From: Methanotrichaceae archaeon
Lineage (GTDB): Archaea; Halobacteriota; Methanosarcinia; Methanotrichales; Methanotrichaceae
Direction: 5' to 3'
Length of the DNA stretch: 64,000 bases
Assembly: GCA_963748825.1 (NCBI GenBank)
Contig: CAVVKN010000022.1
Coordinates: 1 to 64,000, forward strand
The notes beneath the pieces are model-generated. The model was not told where the DNA came from. It did no database searches and was given only the letters and a program-made list of their open reading frames with translations. The stretch's first letter is position 1, and the number at the start of each line of letters is the position of its first letter. Positions 50,301 through 57,889 of this stretch are shown here, piece after piece. The translations under genes and the position numbers were made by a program.

Positions 50301-50673
50301 TGCTGTAATCTTTCGGCAGATGCAGCTTGGCCGTGCGGATCTGTTTTTCTATCTTGTAGAAGTTGTCAAGCAGCCACTCAGAAGCCGGTGCTGTCCTGAG
50401 GTTCGATGCCGCAGCCTCTGTCAGCAGCTCGTTTGTCTGCTGTAGGATCTCCTCGTTCTCAGCCAGCCTAGGCAAGAGCAGGTCATTGCCGGGCATTGGA
50501 TCAACCTCATGGCGTTCTGCCAGCGCCTTAGCATGCCGCTCCAGCTGGTCGGTGCGAAGCAGCTCCGATCGCAGCGGCTGCTCAGAGCTGTATTGGCGTA
50601 GGAAGGCATTGCTGTCGAGGCGCGCCTTGAGACGGTTTAAGCTCCTTTGAACGTGATTTTGGCTTAGAATCAA
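44281..50673 (-). CDS. ndvB: Cyclic beta-1,2-glucan synthase (Cgs/NdvB/ChvB), N-terminal synthase and glucoamylase-like part
   Basis: EWLLDNFY, ERKRG, SHDLLEG, RRHRWIRGDWQ, LPPDNYQE, YDLLASEARL, PWGISES and SFMAHHQGM motifs; TM helices. Confidence 0.9.
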   Translation of the reverse strand: MILSQNHVQRSLNRLKARLDSNAFLRQYSSEQPLRSELLRTDQLERHAKALAERHEVDPMPGNDLLLPRLAENEEILQQTNELLTEAAASNLRTAPASEWLLDNFYKIEKQIRTAKLHLPKDYSKELPHLLRGPLAGYPRIYELVRELILHTDGQVDAENLKSIVDAYQTVTVLNLGEIWAVAIMLRLALIENLRRISLRIAKNSTDRNLAGYWADQVILTAETKPKSMIVVVADLASSDPPMSCAFVAEFARRLEGQSHALALPLIWIEERLSEIGKTTGQMVQEYIQQEAADKVSVGNSIGSFRFLESMDWRKFVEGTSAVEKVLHMDPGGTYSQMDFTTRDRYRHTVERIARCSLHSEEEVALLAVKLAQESVVAKGSEDRSAHVGFYLIDKGLPDLERAAGMSRSLMEALSRTIQQYPLLCYLGAITLVTALTTAAVLGQAYELGSGGWMLVLASIFLVICISSPAVGLVNWLATLLVRPHALPRMDFSSGIPEELRTLVVVPSVLTSPEKVMDLLEALEVRYLANRDINLHFGLLTDLGDAVQEVVPEDEHLLIMARQGVEALNEKYSEGIFFLFPRQRRWDPKEEIWRGFERKRGILGELNSLLRGGSENSFSVITGDVSILPGMKYVITVDEDTRMPYDSARRLVETIAHPLNRPRFDEHKQYVAEGYSILHPRLSSGMPEADRSRFVKLFGGEPGIDPYTREVSDVYQDIFGEGSFTGKGIYDVDAFSQSLGGRFPDNRILSHDLLEGSYARAALVSDVQFYEDYPYRYTTDVGRRHRWIRGDWQIASWLLMRVPGPGGMVMDNPISGLSRWKILDNLRRSLVNPAQILLLLLAWLLLLEPRFWTIVVVGAVLAPSVLACIRVILNKSAELPMDQHLYSAGRAIVRYLAQAGLSLTFLPYEAFFSLDAVVRAGWRMLFTHKLLLEWNSSSSSKSSGKSDLAGIYQSMWIAPAVAIAMASYLEFWRPDLPFIVWPLLVSWSLAPAVAWWISLPLDTPKAKLSEDQTIFLRKLSRKTWKFFETFVGPISHWLPPDNYQENPRSVVANGTSPTNMGLSLLANLAAYDFGYISAGKLIERTASSLQTMKVLERFQGHFYNWYDIKLLEPMQPKYISTVDSGNLAGHLLTLQQGLLELPDQKILTHQVFDGLTDTLYIILDMATRDEPLHEPENEIMPMQVLDQIRQFKDELLSPPSALLAAWMLLDKQARAVTGIIDSLAPEVDESVKSWLQAYELQIQDHLDDLIQTAPWLMLPLWVMIHPIKEDVFTPEFAEEARRMDELQIELLKLDSIPSLLEVPEMAMKLKPMIEEILSSLQSGEEREWLLSLKQMITQAGERAAQRISSIERLALDCGELAEIRYDFLFDKSRRLLAIGYNVDDLRRDESCYDLLASEARLSSFVAIAQGSLKQEHWFALGRMLTIAGGELALLSWGGTMFEYLMPQLIMPTYENTLLSQTYRAIVRRQIEYGEQRGVPWGISESGYNMTDVNLIYQYRAFGAPGLGFKRGLIEDLVIAPYASALALMVEPAEACTNLQRMADEGYLGLYGFYEAIDYTSSRLPRDETSATVQSFMAHHQGMSFLSLDYVLLDRPMQRRFMANPIFQAADLLLQERVPKASPFYPHASEVSASIWRAGMLDRRESLRVIDDPNTSRPEVHLLSNGKYSVMVSSSGGGYSKWKEIAVTRWHGDPTRDNDGMFFYIRDLDSGEVWSAGYQPVLRDTETYQAIFRGSMAEFWSRVSDIDTYAEVVVSPEDDLELRSISVTNRSLRKRRIELTSYAEVVLTTPAADATHPSFSNLFVETEIVRKRSAILCTRRPRSKDERTPWMLHLIAAENIEVDEVSYETDRLKFIGRGRTAADPVALTGSSKLSDSEGSVLDPIVAIRRVVTINPGETARVNFITGIAETRAAAMELIDKYHDVRMADRVYDLAWTHNQMIMQQLNIAEADIQLYERLVSAILYPSPTWRASPSVLLSNHSGQSGLWAYRISGDYPIVLLRIGDRSYIELVHQLLRAHAYWRMMGLEVDLVVWNEDSSGYRQHLQDDIMGLISSCTEACTLDRPGGVFVLHTDQISDEARILVQAVAKAIFTDDQGTFEDQLERKSGLLGTVPLLKQKKADPGREQRGGYV

Positions 50674-50830
50674 TTCTTGACACCTGGGTTAGCTAGTACT
50701 GCGGTTAAATATCGGTTGCCTGCCATTTTTGTCGCAGGAGGAAATAATGACTCGAATGCATGCTTTGAATAGTTATTGGCGTGTTACATCAGCCATTTAT
50801 TCCTCCTTTTATGAATCCAGATTTAATAGA

Positions 50831-50858
50831 ATGCTATTGCATAATACGATTTTGGTAC
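50831..50858 (-). promoter_or_regulatory. Module promoter block copy upstream of the glucan synthase
   Basis: ATGCTATTGCATAATACGATTTTGGTAC; flanks 50790-50915 align to 37360-37490. Confidence 0.7.
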
Positions 50859-50912
50859 CTAAATTTTTGGATACATGAAATATATAAACACGAAGCTGCG
50901 TTATGATGCGTG

Positions 50913-51066
50913 ATGCAAGAAACTACATTGACTTTGTCCGAATAGGTGGCGAAAACTCTGAAAGTTTACACCGTACATTCCAAAAACAGCTTACTGGGTC
51001 AAAACCAGGTGGTCGAAGAGGCCTTAAGAGAGTTCTTCGAGAGGCACTGTGTTGATCGAGGAATAG
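50913..51066 (+). pseudogene. RHH copy with in-frame TAG and 3' frameshift
   Basis: MQETTLTLSE*VAKTLKVYTVHSKNSLLGQNQVVEEALREFFERH. Confidence 0.85.
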
Positions 51067-51191
51067 CCAAGTAGGCGAGTTGTTGAGAATAATGGAAAGA
51101 AATTCGCTCATATCAGGACTGAATGGATAATTCATCGATGTGATCTACATTGTGCCGAGGAAATAGAATAATACAGGAGCCAAGAGCTGGA

Positions 51192-51446
51192 TCAGCGCTC
51201 TAAACTCCGCTCGGCCAAATACGCCCTGGCCTTCTTGGGATCACAAGCCAGCTCATCAATTCGGTTCTCCGACATCTCCCAGAGCAGATTATCAATCGCA
51301 GTCTCGTCATCTCTCTTCTGCCACCAGGATAGGCAGATTTCTGCTGCCAGCTTACAGGCGTCCTCGTCCGTCAAATGGAGAGACGAGCAGAACGTCTCGC
51401 CCACGCATGCACCCACCGGTGCCCTAGTACAAAGATCACAGGTCAT
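51192..51446 (-). CDS. Hypothetical Cys-containing protein
   Basis: 84-aa ORF with AGGAG SD. Confidence 0.55.
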   Translation of the reverse strand: MTCDLCTRAPVGACVGETFCSSLHLTDEDACKLAAEICLSWWQKRDDETAIDNLLWEMSENRIDELACDPKKARAYLAERSLER

Positions 51447-51501
51447 TTCGGCTCCTTATTTCGATTTACGGCATTTATAAATTAGAATTAGCCTCAGCTA
51501 T

Positions 51502-52110
51502 TTATAATCCTTGGGCTGCAATTTTGCTTCGCGGTTTTCCGTCGAGAAGATCGAGCAGTTTTTCGTAATCTCCCACAGGAAAGCGAATGGATATGGATAA
51601 TGTAAATCCGCATGATTGGGTGGCGTTCAATCCTATGCAACCGTTCTCTTCATCAATGTATTCTCTGGCATCATGAGGATGGGCGGTATATTGCCAGCCA
51701 CCATCTGCACCCGTTATTCTGGAGTAAAGCCAGTTGTCGGCTGCAGGGCTGTTAATGGGATCAAGGCCCGATACTACGCGCGTTAAAAAAGCTTCTGCAT
51801 CTCCTGCGCCGAGAAATTCAATCCAGATGAGGCCCGGTTTATTTTCTTGACATGAATTGCAGGTAATGATGCCGCAGTTCCAGATGACTTGCAGCAATGG
51901 AGCTATCCCTTCGTCCACCTCGATCATCGTGTTTGATGACGGATCGAGAATTGCGGTTTGCTTGTGCTCAGTCAAAATCCTCTTGCTCCCTTTTCGTTCT
52001 CCACACGGATCTCCACAGGTCTCGATATGTCTCGATATATCTTGCATTAGCTTCGCCCGGCCAAATGCTTTTAGAAGAGCGTTCTGGGTGACAAAGCTGT
52101 AAGCCGCCAA
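51502..52110 (-). CDS. Hypothetical protein
   Basis: IEVDEGIAPLL..IW..GI.T..SCQ motif; start uncertain. Confidence 0.6.
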   Translation of the reverse strand: MAAYSFVTQNALLKAFGRAKLMQDISRHIETCGDPCGERKGSKRILTEHKQTAILDPSSNTMIEVDEGIAPLLQVIWNCGIITCNSCQENKPGLIWIEFLGAGDAEAFLTRVVSGLDPINSPAADNWLYSRITGADGGWQYTAHPHDAREYIDEENGCIGLNATQSCGFTLSISIRFPVGDYEKLLDLLDGKPRSKIAAQGL

Positions 52111-52195
52111 AAAGTTGAAATCTGCAGGGCCGGATGTCGCCCTACATAGCCGATTTATGGAACCGGCTAAAACAGATAGATCAAATCAAATAGGT

Positions 52196-52399
52196 TTAAT
52201 ATCTTCCGGGTGACCTGGCAGGTCTGTGCTTCTGGTAGCACTCGCTGCAGTAAACCGGCCTGGATCCGTCCGGCTTGAAGGGAACCTGGGTTTGCTTGCC
52301 GCATTCTGAGCAAGTTACGTCTGTCATTTCTCTGGGACCACTATTGTAGCCGCCGCTGCTGCTACCGCTACCGCGGTTTTCATATTTTCTTTCAAACAT
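52196..52399 (-). CDS. CxxC-x17-CxxC zinc-ribbon protein
   Basis: PREM..VTCSECGK...VPFKPDGSRPVYCSECY. Confidence 0.9.
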   Translation of the reverse strand: MFERKYENRGSGSSSGGYNSGPREMTDVTCSECGKQTQVPFKPDGSRPVYCSECYQKHRPARSPGRY

Positions 52400-52569
52400 T
52401 TAATTCACGTACCTTTTGGATCGATTCAAAGAATCGAACTCGCTACAAAAAACATCTCAACAAATCTCTTTGAATCGACGAAAATGTAACCTTTTCTAAG
52501 TAATCAATCAAGAATATATACCTGTTGGTCAAATGACAAATTGATTCGCAAAATATATGAGGCAACAGA

Positions 52570-53775
52570 TCATGAAGCTGCTTCCTTGATGACCTTTGCC
52601 AGCCTGGTGATGCCCTCGAAGATCTTTTCTTTATCGGAATTAGAGAAGTTCAGCCTCAGGGTGTTGCTGCCGCCCCCGTCTGCATAGAAGGCCAGACCGG
52701 GCACAAAGGCCACCTTTTCTTTTATAGCCCGGTTGAAGAGATCGAGAGACGACATGCCCTCCGGCAATGTCACCCAGAGGAACATTCCTCCCTCCGGTCT
52801 GGTGAAGCTGACGTCCTCAGGGAAGGTCTCCTGCATGGTCTGCACCATGAAATCCCTTTGCTCCTTGTAGGCTTTTCGGATCTTGGCGATGTGCCGTTCT
52901 ATGTCGTTGTCCTTGAGGTATTGATGCAAGATCCTCTGGCATAGATAATTGGAATGCAGGTCTGATGCCTGCTTAGCAATGATCAGCTTCTCCATGATCT
53001 CCTCGCAGGCACAGACCCATCCCAGCCGCACTCCTGGTGCGACGATCTTAGAGAAGGAGCCGAGCAAAACGGCGCTTTCACCCAGGAAATTTTTCATGGA
53101 CGGCCTGTCCTCGCCCATGAACCTCAGCTCGCCGTATGGATTGTCCTCAATGAAGACCGTGCTGTTGCTGCTGCCACTCAGCTTTTCCGCCACAGCTCGG
53201 AGTTTGTTTTCGGAATATGTGATGCCGGTGGGATTCTGGAAGTTGGGGACAGAGTAGAACAGCTTGGAGTCGCCCATCAAGAGAGCCTTTTCCAGTGCCT
53301 TCGGATCGACTCCGTCCTCTTGCAGTGGTATGGAGTGAAATTTGGGCTCGAAGAAGCCGAAAGACTGAATCGCGGCCAGATAGGTGGGCCATTCCAGGAT
53401 AACGCCGTCGCCTTTATTCAAGAATACCTTGCTCAGGAGATCGAGGCCCTGCTGAGAGCCGTTAGTGATCAAGATCTCAGAGGCTTCTGTTTTCACGCCC
53501 CGCCTGGCATACCTCTCTGCGATCATCTCCCTCAGGGGAAGGTAACCTTCCGTAGTGCTGTACTGCAGTGCAGCCTCGCCGCACTCGCTCAAAACCTTCT
53601 CTGCGGCCAGGGCTACCTCATGCACCGGAAAATATCTGGGGTTGGGAAGTCCGCCCGCAAAGGATATGATTTCGGGGTCCTCTGTCACCTTCAGAATCTC
53701 CCTCACGAACGATCTATGGACACAACCCATCCTATCTGCGAACAATCTGGTCATTTTGATTCGTCTCCTGTCCAT
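52570..53775 (-). CDS. PLP-dependent aminotransferase class I (LysN/MocR-like)
   Basis: ISFAGGLP, GSQQGLD, PNFQNPTG, EDNPY, GSFSK..APG.R.G and PEGGMF motifs. Confidence 0.9.
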   Translation of the reverse strand: MDRRRIKMTRLFADRMGCVHRSFVREILKVTEDPEIISFAGGLPNPRYFPVHEVALAAEKVLSECGEAALQYSTTEGYLPLREMIAERYARRGVKTEASEILITNGSQQGLDLLSKVFLNKGDGVILEWPTYLAAIQSFGFFEPKFHSIPLQEDGVDPKALEKALLMGDSKLFYSVPNFQNPTGITYSENKLRAVAEKLSGSSNSTVFIEDNPYGELRFMGEDRPSMKNFLGESAVLLGSFSKIVAPGVRLGWVCACEEIMEKLIIAKQASDLHSNYLCQRILHQYLKDNDIERHIAKIRKAYKEQRDFMVQTMQETFPEDVSFTRPEGGMFLWVTLPEGMSSLDLFNRAIKEKVAFVPGLAFYADGGGSNTLRLNFSNSDKEKIFEGITRLAKVIKEAAS

Positions 53776-53931
53776 CGCCTTTGCCAGAAAAACACCGAAG
53801 AGATCCGCTTTCTTGCCAAAGGCGAAGGTCGAAAGCTCCTTTTTATAATATCTTTTGCGAATTAATTTCTACATTCTCTAAACTTGCCTTAAGATACTGT
53901 TATATCCCCTTAGCGATTGAAAGGCAATTTC

Positions 53932-55641
53932 ATGCCAGGCAAAGTCTCGCACAGCTATGCTTTTCGCGGCTCGGAAAAACCGCTTATTGGAAAGACCATC
54001 GGCGATATGTTCGATGAAATAGCGGAAAAATATCCTGATAACGACGCAATTGTATCCATCCACCAGGGAACGCGATACACATACCGTGAGCTGCAAAAGG
54101 AGCTGAACCGCGCCGCGAAGGGTTTCATTGCTCTGGGCATGAAGAAGGGCGACCGTCTGGCCATCTGGGCCACAAACCTGGCGGAATGGATCATCACCCA
54201 GTTCGCCACGGCAAAAGCTGGCATCATCATGGTGAACATCAATCCTGCCTACCGGACGCACGAACTGGAGTATGCTCTGCGCCAGTCGGAAGCGCAGACC
54301 CTGCTGCTCATGGACCGCTTCAAGAGCTCGGACTACGTCCAGATGCTCTACGATGTTTGTCCTGAGGCCAAGACTGCCCAGCCGGGAAAGATTCACTCCG
54401 AGAAGCTGCCATTTCTCCGGACGGCAGTGATGATCCGAGGTGAGAAGCAGCCGGGCATGTATTCCTGGGATGAGGTCTTGAAGATGGGGGACGAAGTGCC
54501 CGATGAGATTTTGCAGGAGAGGGAAGAGAGCCTGGACTTTGACGATCCCATAAACATTCAGTACACCTCGGGCACAACCGGTTTCCCGAAGGGCGTGGTT
54601 CTCACGCACCATAACATCCTCAACAACGGCTACTTTATCGGCGAGTGCATGAAGTTTACGGATAAAGATCGGCTCTGCATACCTGTTCCTTTTTACCATT
54701 GCTTCGGCATGGTGCTCTCCAATTTGGCCTGCATGACGCACGGAGCCACAATGGTGCTGCCTGCCGAGTACTTCGATCCTGTCTTAGTCATGTCTGCCAT
54801 AGAGAAGGAGCGCTGCACAGCCGTGCACGGCGTTCCCACCATGTTCGTGGCGGAGCTTGAGCACCCCGATTTTTCCAAATACGACTTCTCAAGCCTGCGT
54901 ACAGGAATCATGGCCGGATCGCCCTGTCCCATTGAGTTCATGAAGAAGGTGAGCACCCTTATGAATATGCGAGAGGTGGTGATCACCTACGGCCAGACGG
55001 AGGCGTCACCCGGCATCACCATGTCCTCCACCGATGATTCCCTGGAGCAGAGGGTCTCGACCATCGGCCGGCCCATGCCGCATACTGAGATGAAGATCGT
55101 GGACCCCAAGACGGGCAAGATGGTCTCCCGTGGGGAGACGGGCGAGATATGCGCCCGCGGCTACATGATCATGCGCTGCTACTACAACAATCCAGTGGCC
55201 ACCGATCAGTGCGTGGACAAGGAGGGGTGGCTGCACACCGGCGACCTGGGCACTCTGGACGATGAGGACTACTGCAAAATTACAGGTCGGCTCAAGGACA
55301 TGGTCATCCGGGGCGGTGAAAACATCTACCCGAGGGAGATTGAGGAGTTCCTCTACACTCATCCGGCTATAAGCGATGTGCAGGTCATTGGTGTGCCGGA
55401 CAAGAAGTACGGCGAGGAGATCATGGCCTGGATCAAGCTCAAGAAGGACGCAACGGCTAGCGCGGAAGAGATCAAGGCTTTTTGCAAGGGAAGGGTCGCG
55501 CACTTCAAAGTTCCCAGGTACATCAAGTTCGTGGACGACTTCCCCATGACAGTGAGCGGCAAGATTCAGAAGTTCAAGATGAGAGATGAGTCCATCAAGG
55601 AGTTGGGACTGGAGGAAGCGGCCATGATGAAGACGGCTTAA
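53932..55641 (+). CDS. AMP-dependent acyl-CoA synthetase
   Basis: YTSGTTGFPKG, YGQTE, GWLHTGD, GRLKDMVIRGGENIYP and SGKIQK motifs. Confidence 0.92.
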   Translation: MPGKVSHSYAFRGSEKPLIGKTIGDMFDEIAEKYPDNDAIVSIHQGTRYTYRELQKELNRAAKGFIALGMKKGDRLAIWATNLAEWIITQFATAKAGIIMVNINPAYRTHELEYALRQSEAQTLLLMDRFKSSDYVQMLYDVCPEAKTAQPGKIHSEKLPFLRTAVMIRGEKQPGMYSWDEVLKMGDEVPDEILQEREESLDFDDPINIQYTSGTTGFPKGVVLTHHNILNNGYFIGECMKFTDKDRLCIPVPFYHCFGMVLSNLACMTHGATMVLPAEYFDPVLVMSAIEKERCTAVHGVPTMFVAELEHPDFSKYDFSSLRTGIMAGSPCPIEFMKKVSTLMNMREVVITYGQTEASPGITMSSTDDSLEQRVSTIGRPMPHTEMKIVDPKTGKMVSRGETGEICARGYMIMRCYYNNPVATDQCVDKEGWLHTGDLGTLDDEDYCKITGRLKDMVIRGGENIYPREIEEFLYTHPAISDVQVIGVPDKKYGEEIMAWIKLKKDATASAEEIKAFCKGRVAHFKVPRYIKFVDDFPMTVSGKIQKFKMRDESIKELGLEEAAMMKTA

Positions 55642-55866
55642 GGCCCGCTCTCTTTGTTTTTCTATTTTTGCTTTTGATGTTCTTGATCTTGATTATTTCA
55701 TTTTTTAACAATTGACAATTGATGAGTACTAACTGCAAACTTTTGTATTCTGGATTCAGGCACCGGAGCTTTCTCCCATTCGCCGAAAAATATCCGGCTC
55801 AAGATTTTGAAGCCAAGAGAGGCAGATTTTTAATCTTTGTCTGTAGATTATTACAGGATCAAATTT

Positions 55867-56025
55867 ATGAAAATCATCGATATCTTGAGACGAAATGAGC
55901 AGGAGATGAAAAAGAGATTTCATGTGAGAAGGATTGGCCTGTTCGGCTCCTTTGCTCGTGGGAAAAAGATACCAGTGATGTAGATATAATGGTGGAATTT
56001 GAAGAGCCGACCTTCGATAACTTTA
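55867..56025 (+). pseudogene. Minimal nucleotidyltransferase (MNT) antitoxin, frameshifted and truncated by IS630
   Basis: MKIIDIL...RIGLFGSFARG / SDVDIMVEFEEPTFDNF. Confidence 0.8.
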
Positions 56026-56460
56026 TAGTCATCCTCATAAGTTTTTATAATCTTTATTATTTAATATAAACTTTTCAATCCAGTAACCTGCATAACTCTT
56101 ACATTCTGCGAACCTGCAAAAGGATTCTGTGATGATGCGCCTCATCTCAGCCAGATTTGGGACAGAAGAGATAGACAATACTCTTTTTATAGATTTCCAG
56201 ATGAACTCAATTGGATTTAAATTTGGAGAATATGGCGGAAGATAGACGAGATATATGCCAAGTTCACTGGCCTTCTGCCTAACGAGTGCGCTCTTGTGGG
56301 ATGAGAAGTTGTCTGTGATAATCACAATCGCCCGATATGCGTCATTTGAGGCTTCTATATCATTTAAGAAGCCCGCTATTGATGGAGCCTTGGAGTCTTC
56401 AAGAAACTTACTTACACTGTTTCCTTTTATCGCATAGAATCCAATTGTGTTCGTATCTAA
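56026..56460 (-). mobile_element. IS630-family transposase, 3' remnant
   Basis: ITDNFSSHK and YLPPYSPNLNPIEFIWKSIK motifs; junction at a TA dinucleotide; N-terminus missing. Confidence 0.85.
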
Positions 56461-56703
56461 GTTGCAAGCTGCGGGGCATCCAAGGCGCAGCCGCATGAAT
56501 TGGCCCGCAGAAGGACCGTCCCAAGGAAATCAGCTGGGCTAACGTCCCCTCAAAAATCCTGATCTCTTCTATTTAGCGATCGTGGGCCTCTATCCGTCGG
56601 CTGGAAGGGCCGGGGTCATCCTATATGCCCCAGCGCAATTCAAATGCAAGGTGGTTGAAAAATATTTCACATTCAATAGGCGGCTATTTATTCAGGAAAG
56701 CCC

Positions 56704-57612
56704 ATGTTCATGAATATGCTTGAAAAGATCGGAACCGTCCGAAACTATGCAGACACCGATGCCCTGCAATTTCTCGCCCTTTTCAAAGACAGCATAAGCG
56801 AAATTCAACTCAGCCAAAGCGTTGATTCCTCAGCATATTTCAGCCCCGAATATTCTCACTACATCATCGTCCACACCCCGCTCGACATGGAGTATTCGGG
56901 ACACGGAAAGGAATGGAACGAGCGTTTTTGCGGCGTTGCTGGGGTTTCGATCGTTGAATTGATAGAGGGCGGAGGCGGGAGAGATGCGATTTACGTCAAG
57001 GGGCTCATGGCCGCAAACGAGTCAAAGGTTTATGCTATCCTTCCTTACACCCACATCGACGCAGCTATTTGCAAAGATGCGAGCTTCCCGGAATCCCGGC
57101 CCACGGCCACGAGAAACCGGGTGTGGCCCGCTGTCCTTTCAAAGATCGAGGGCGAGAAGATCCTCGATGTCGGATGCGGTTTTGGAAGGCTGACCCTCGA
57201 TATCGCAGAGCATAACCCAGAATCCAAGGTTTTCGGGGTCGATCTTTTCGATTCCCTTACCGGGCAGGCCCGGATGAACGCCGAAGTTCTGGGCATAAAA
57301 AACGTCGAATTCAAGACGGCAAGCGCCTATGCCCTCCCCTTTGAAGACGGTTCCTTTGAAACTGTCTTCTCATTTTTCATGCTCCACCATCTCGACGGGA
57401 TCCCGAAAGGTTTGCTGGAAATCCGGCGCGTGCTTCAAAAAGATGGTGGATTTGTGGCAGTGGAACCTATCGGACACCATCACGGCCCGAACTATTCTGG
57501 AAGCGACTGGGAACGAATCTTCGAAGAAGCAGGATTTTGGGCTGAAGCGGAAGAAAGAGACTTTGCGCTGATAATCAGGGCCCAGAAGAGCGATGAAAAA
57601 ACGAAGGAATAA
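56704..57612 (+). CDS. Class I SAM-dependent methyltransferase with N-terminal TrmO(TsaA)-like segment
   Basis: ILDVGCGFG, GVD, LPFEDGSFE and LHHL motifs; N-part GVSIVELIE....IYVKGL....SKV..ILPY. Confidence 0.8.
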   Translation: MFMNMLEKIGTVRNYADTDALQFLALFKDSISEIQLSQSVDSSAYFSPEYSHYIIVHTPLDMEYSGHGKEWNERFCGVAGVSIVELIEGGGGRDAIYVKGLMAANESKVYAILPYTHIDAAICKDASFPESRPTATRNRVWPAVLSKIEGEKILDVGCGFGRLTLDIAEHNPESKVFGVDLFDSLTGQARMNAEVLGIKNVEFKTASAYALPFEDGSFETVFSFFMLHHLDGIPKGLLEIRRVLQKDGGFVAVEPIGHHHGPNYSGSDWERIFEEAGFWAEAEERDFALIIRAQKSDEKTKE

Positions 57613-57889
57613 GGCGCCCCGCTGTCTTAAATGGAAAAAAACCGGCTGGTTAAAAATCCAGGGATAAAGTCACCATAAATATCGGATGGCTGGATACCTT
57701 GAGATCATAACTATGGTCTCGGCTATTGCAATCTCAGCCAAGCAGGGCGATTGTGCAGCATCCGGTCACTGGGGCATGGAATTGGACTGTAGTGCAGGCT
57801 TGGGCCTCGGCATACCCGCCGGCGGAAATGGAGGAGCGGGATCGCTTCGTCGCCTGCAGTTCGATCGATTTGTATGGCCGATGGAATCT

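Noticed and set aside
25741-50858. Repeated 28-bp blocks as CRISPR repeats or integron attC sites
   Set aside because: Spacing is kilobases, homology extends into flanking genes, there are no R-box/L-box hairpins, and the block reads as BRE-TATA plus SD.
50943-50945. In-frame TAG in an RHH copy as pyrrolysine read-through
   Set aside because: The same copy has a 3' frameshift and other substitutions, and there is no pyl context; a pseudogene is the simpler explanation.
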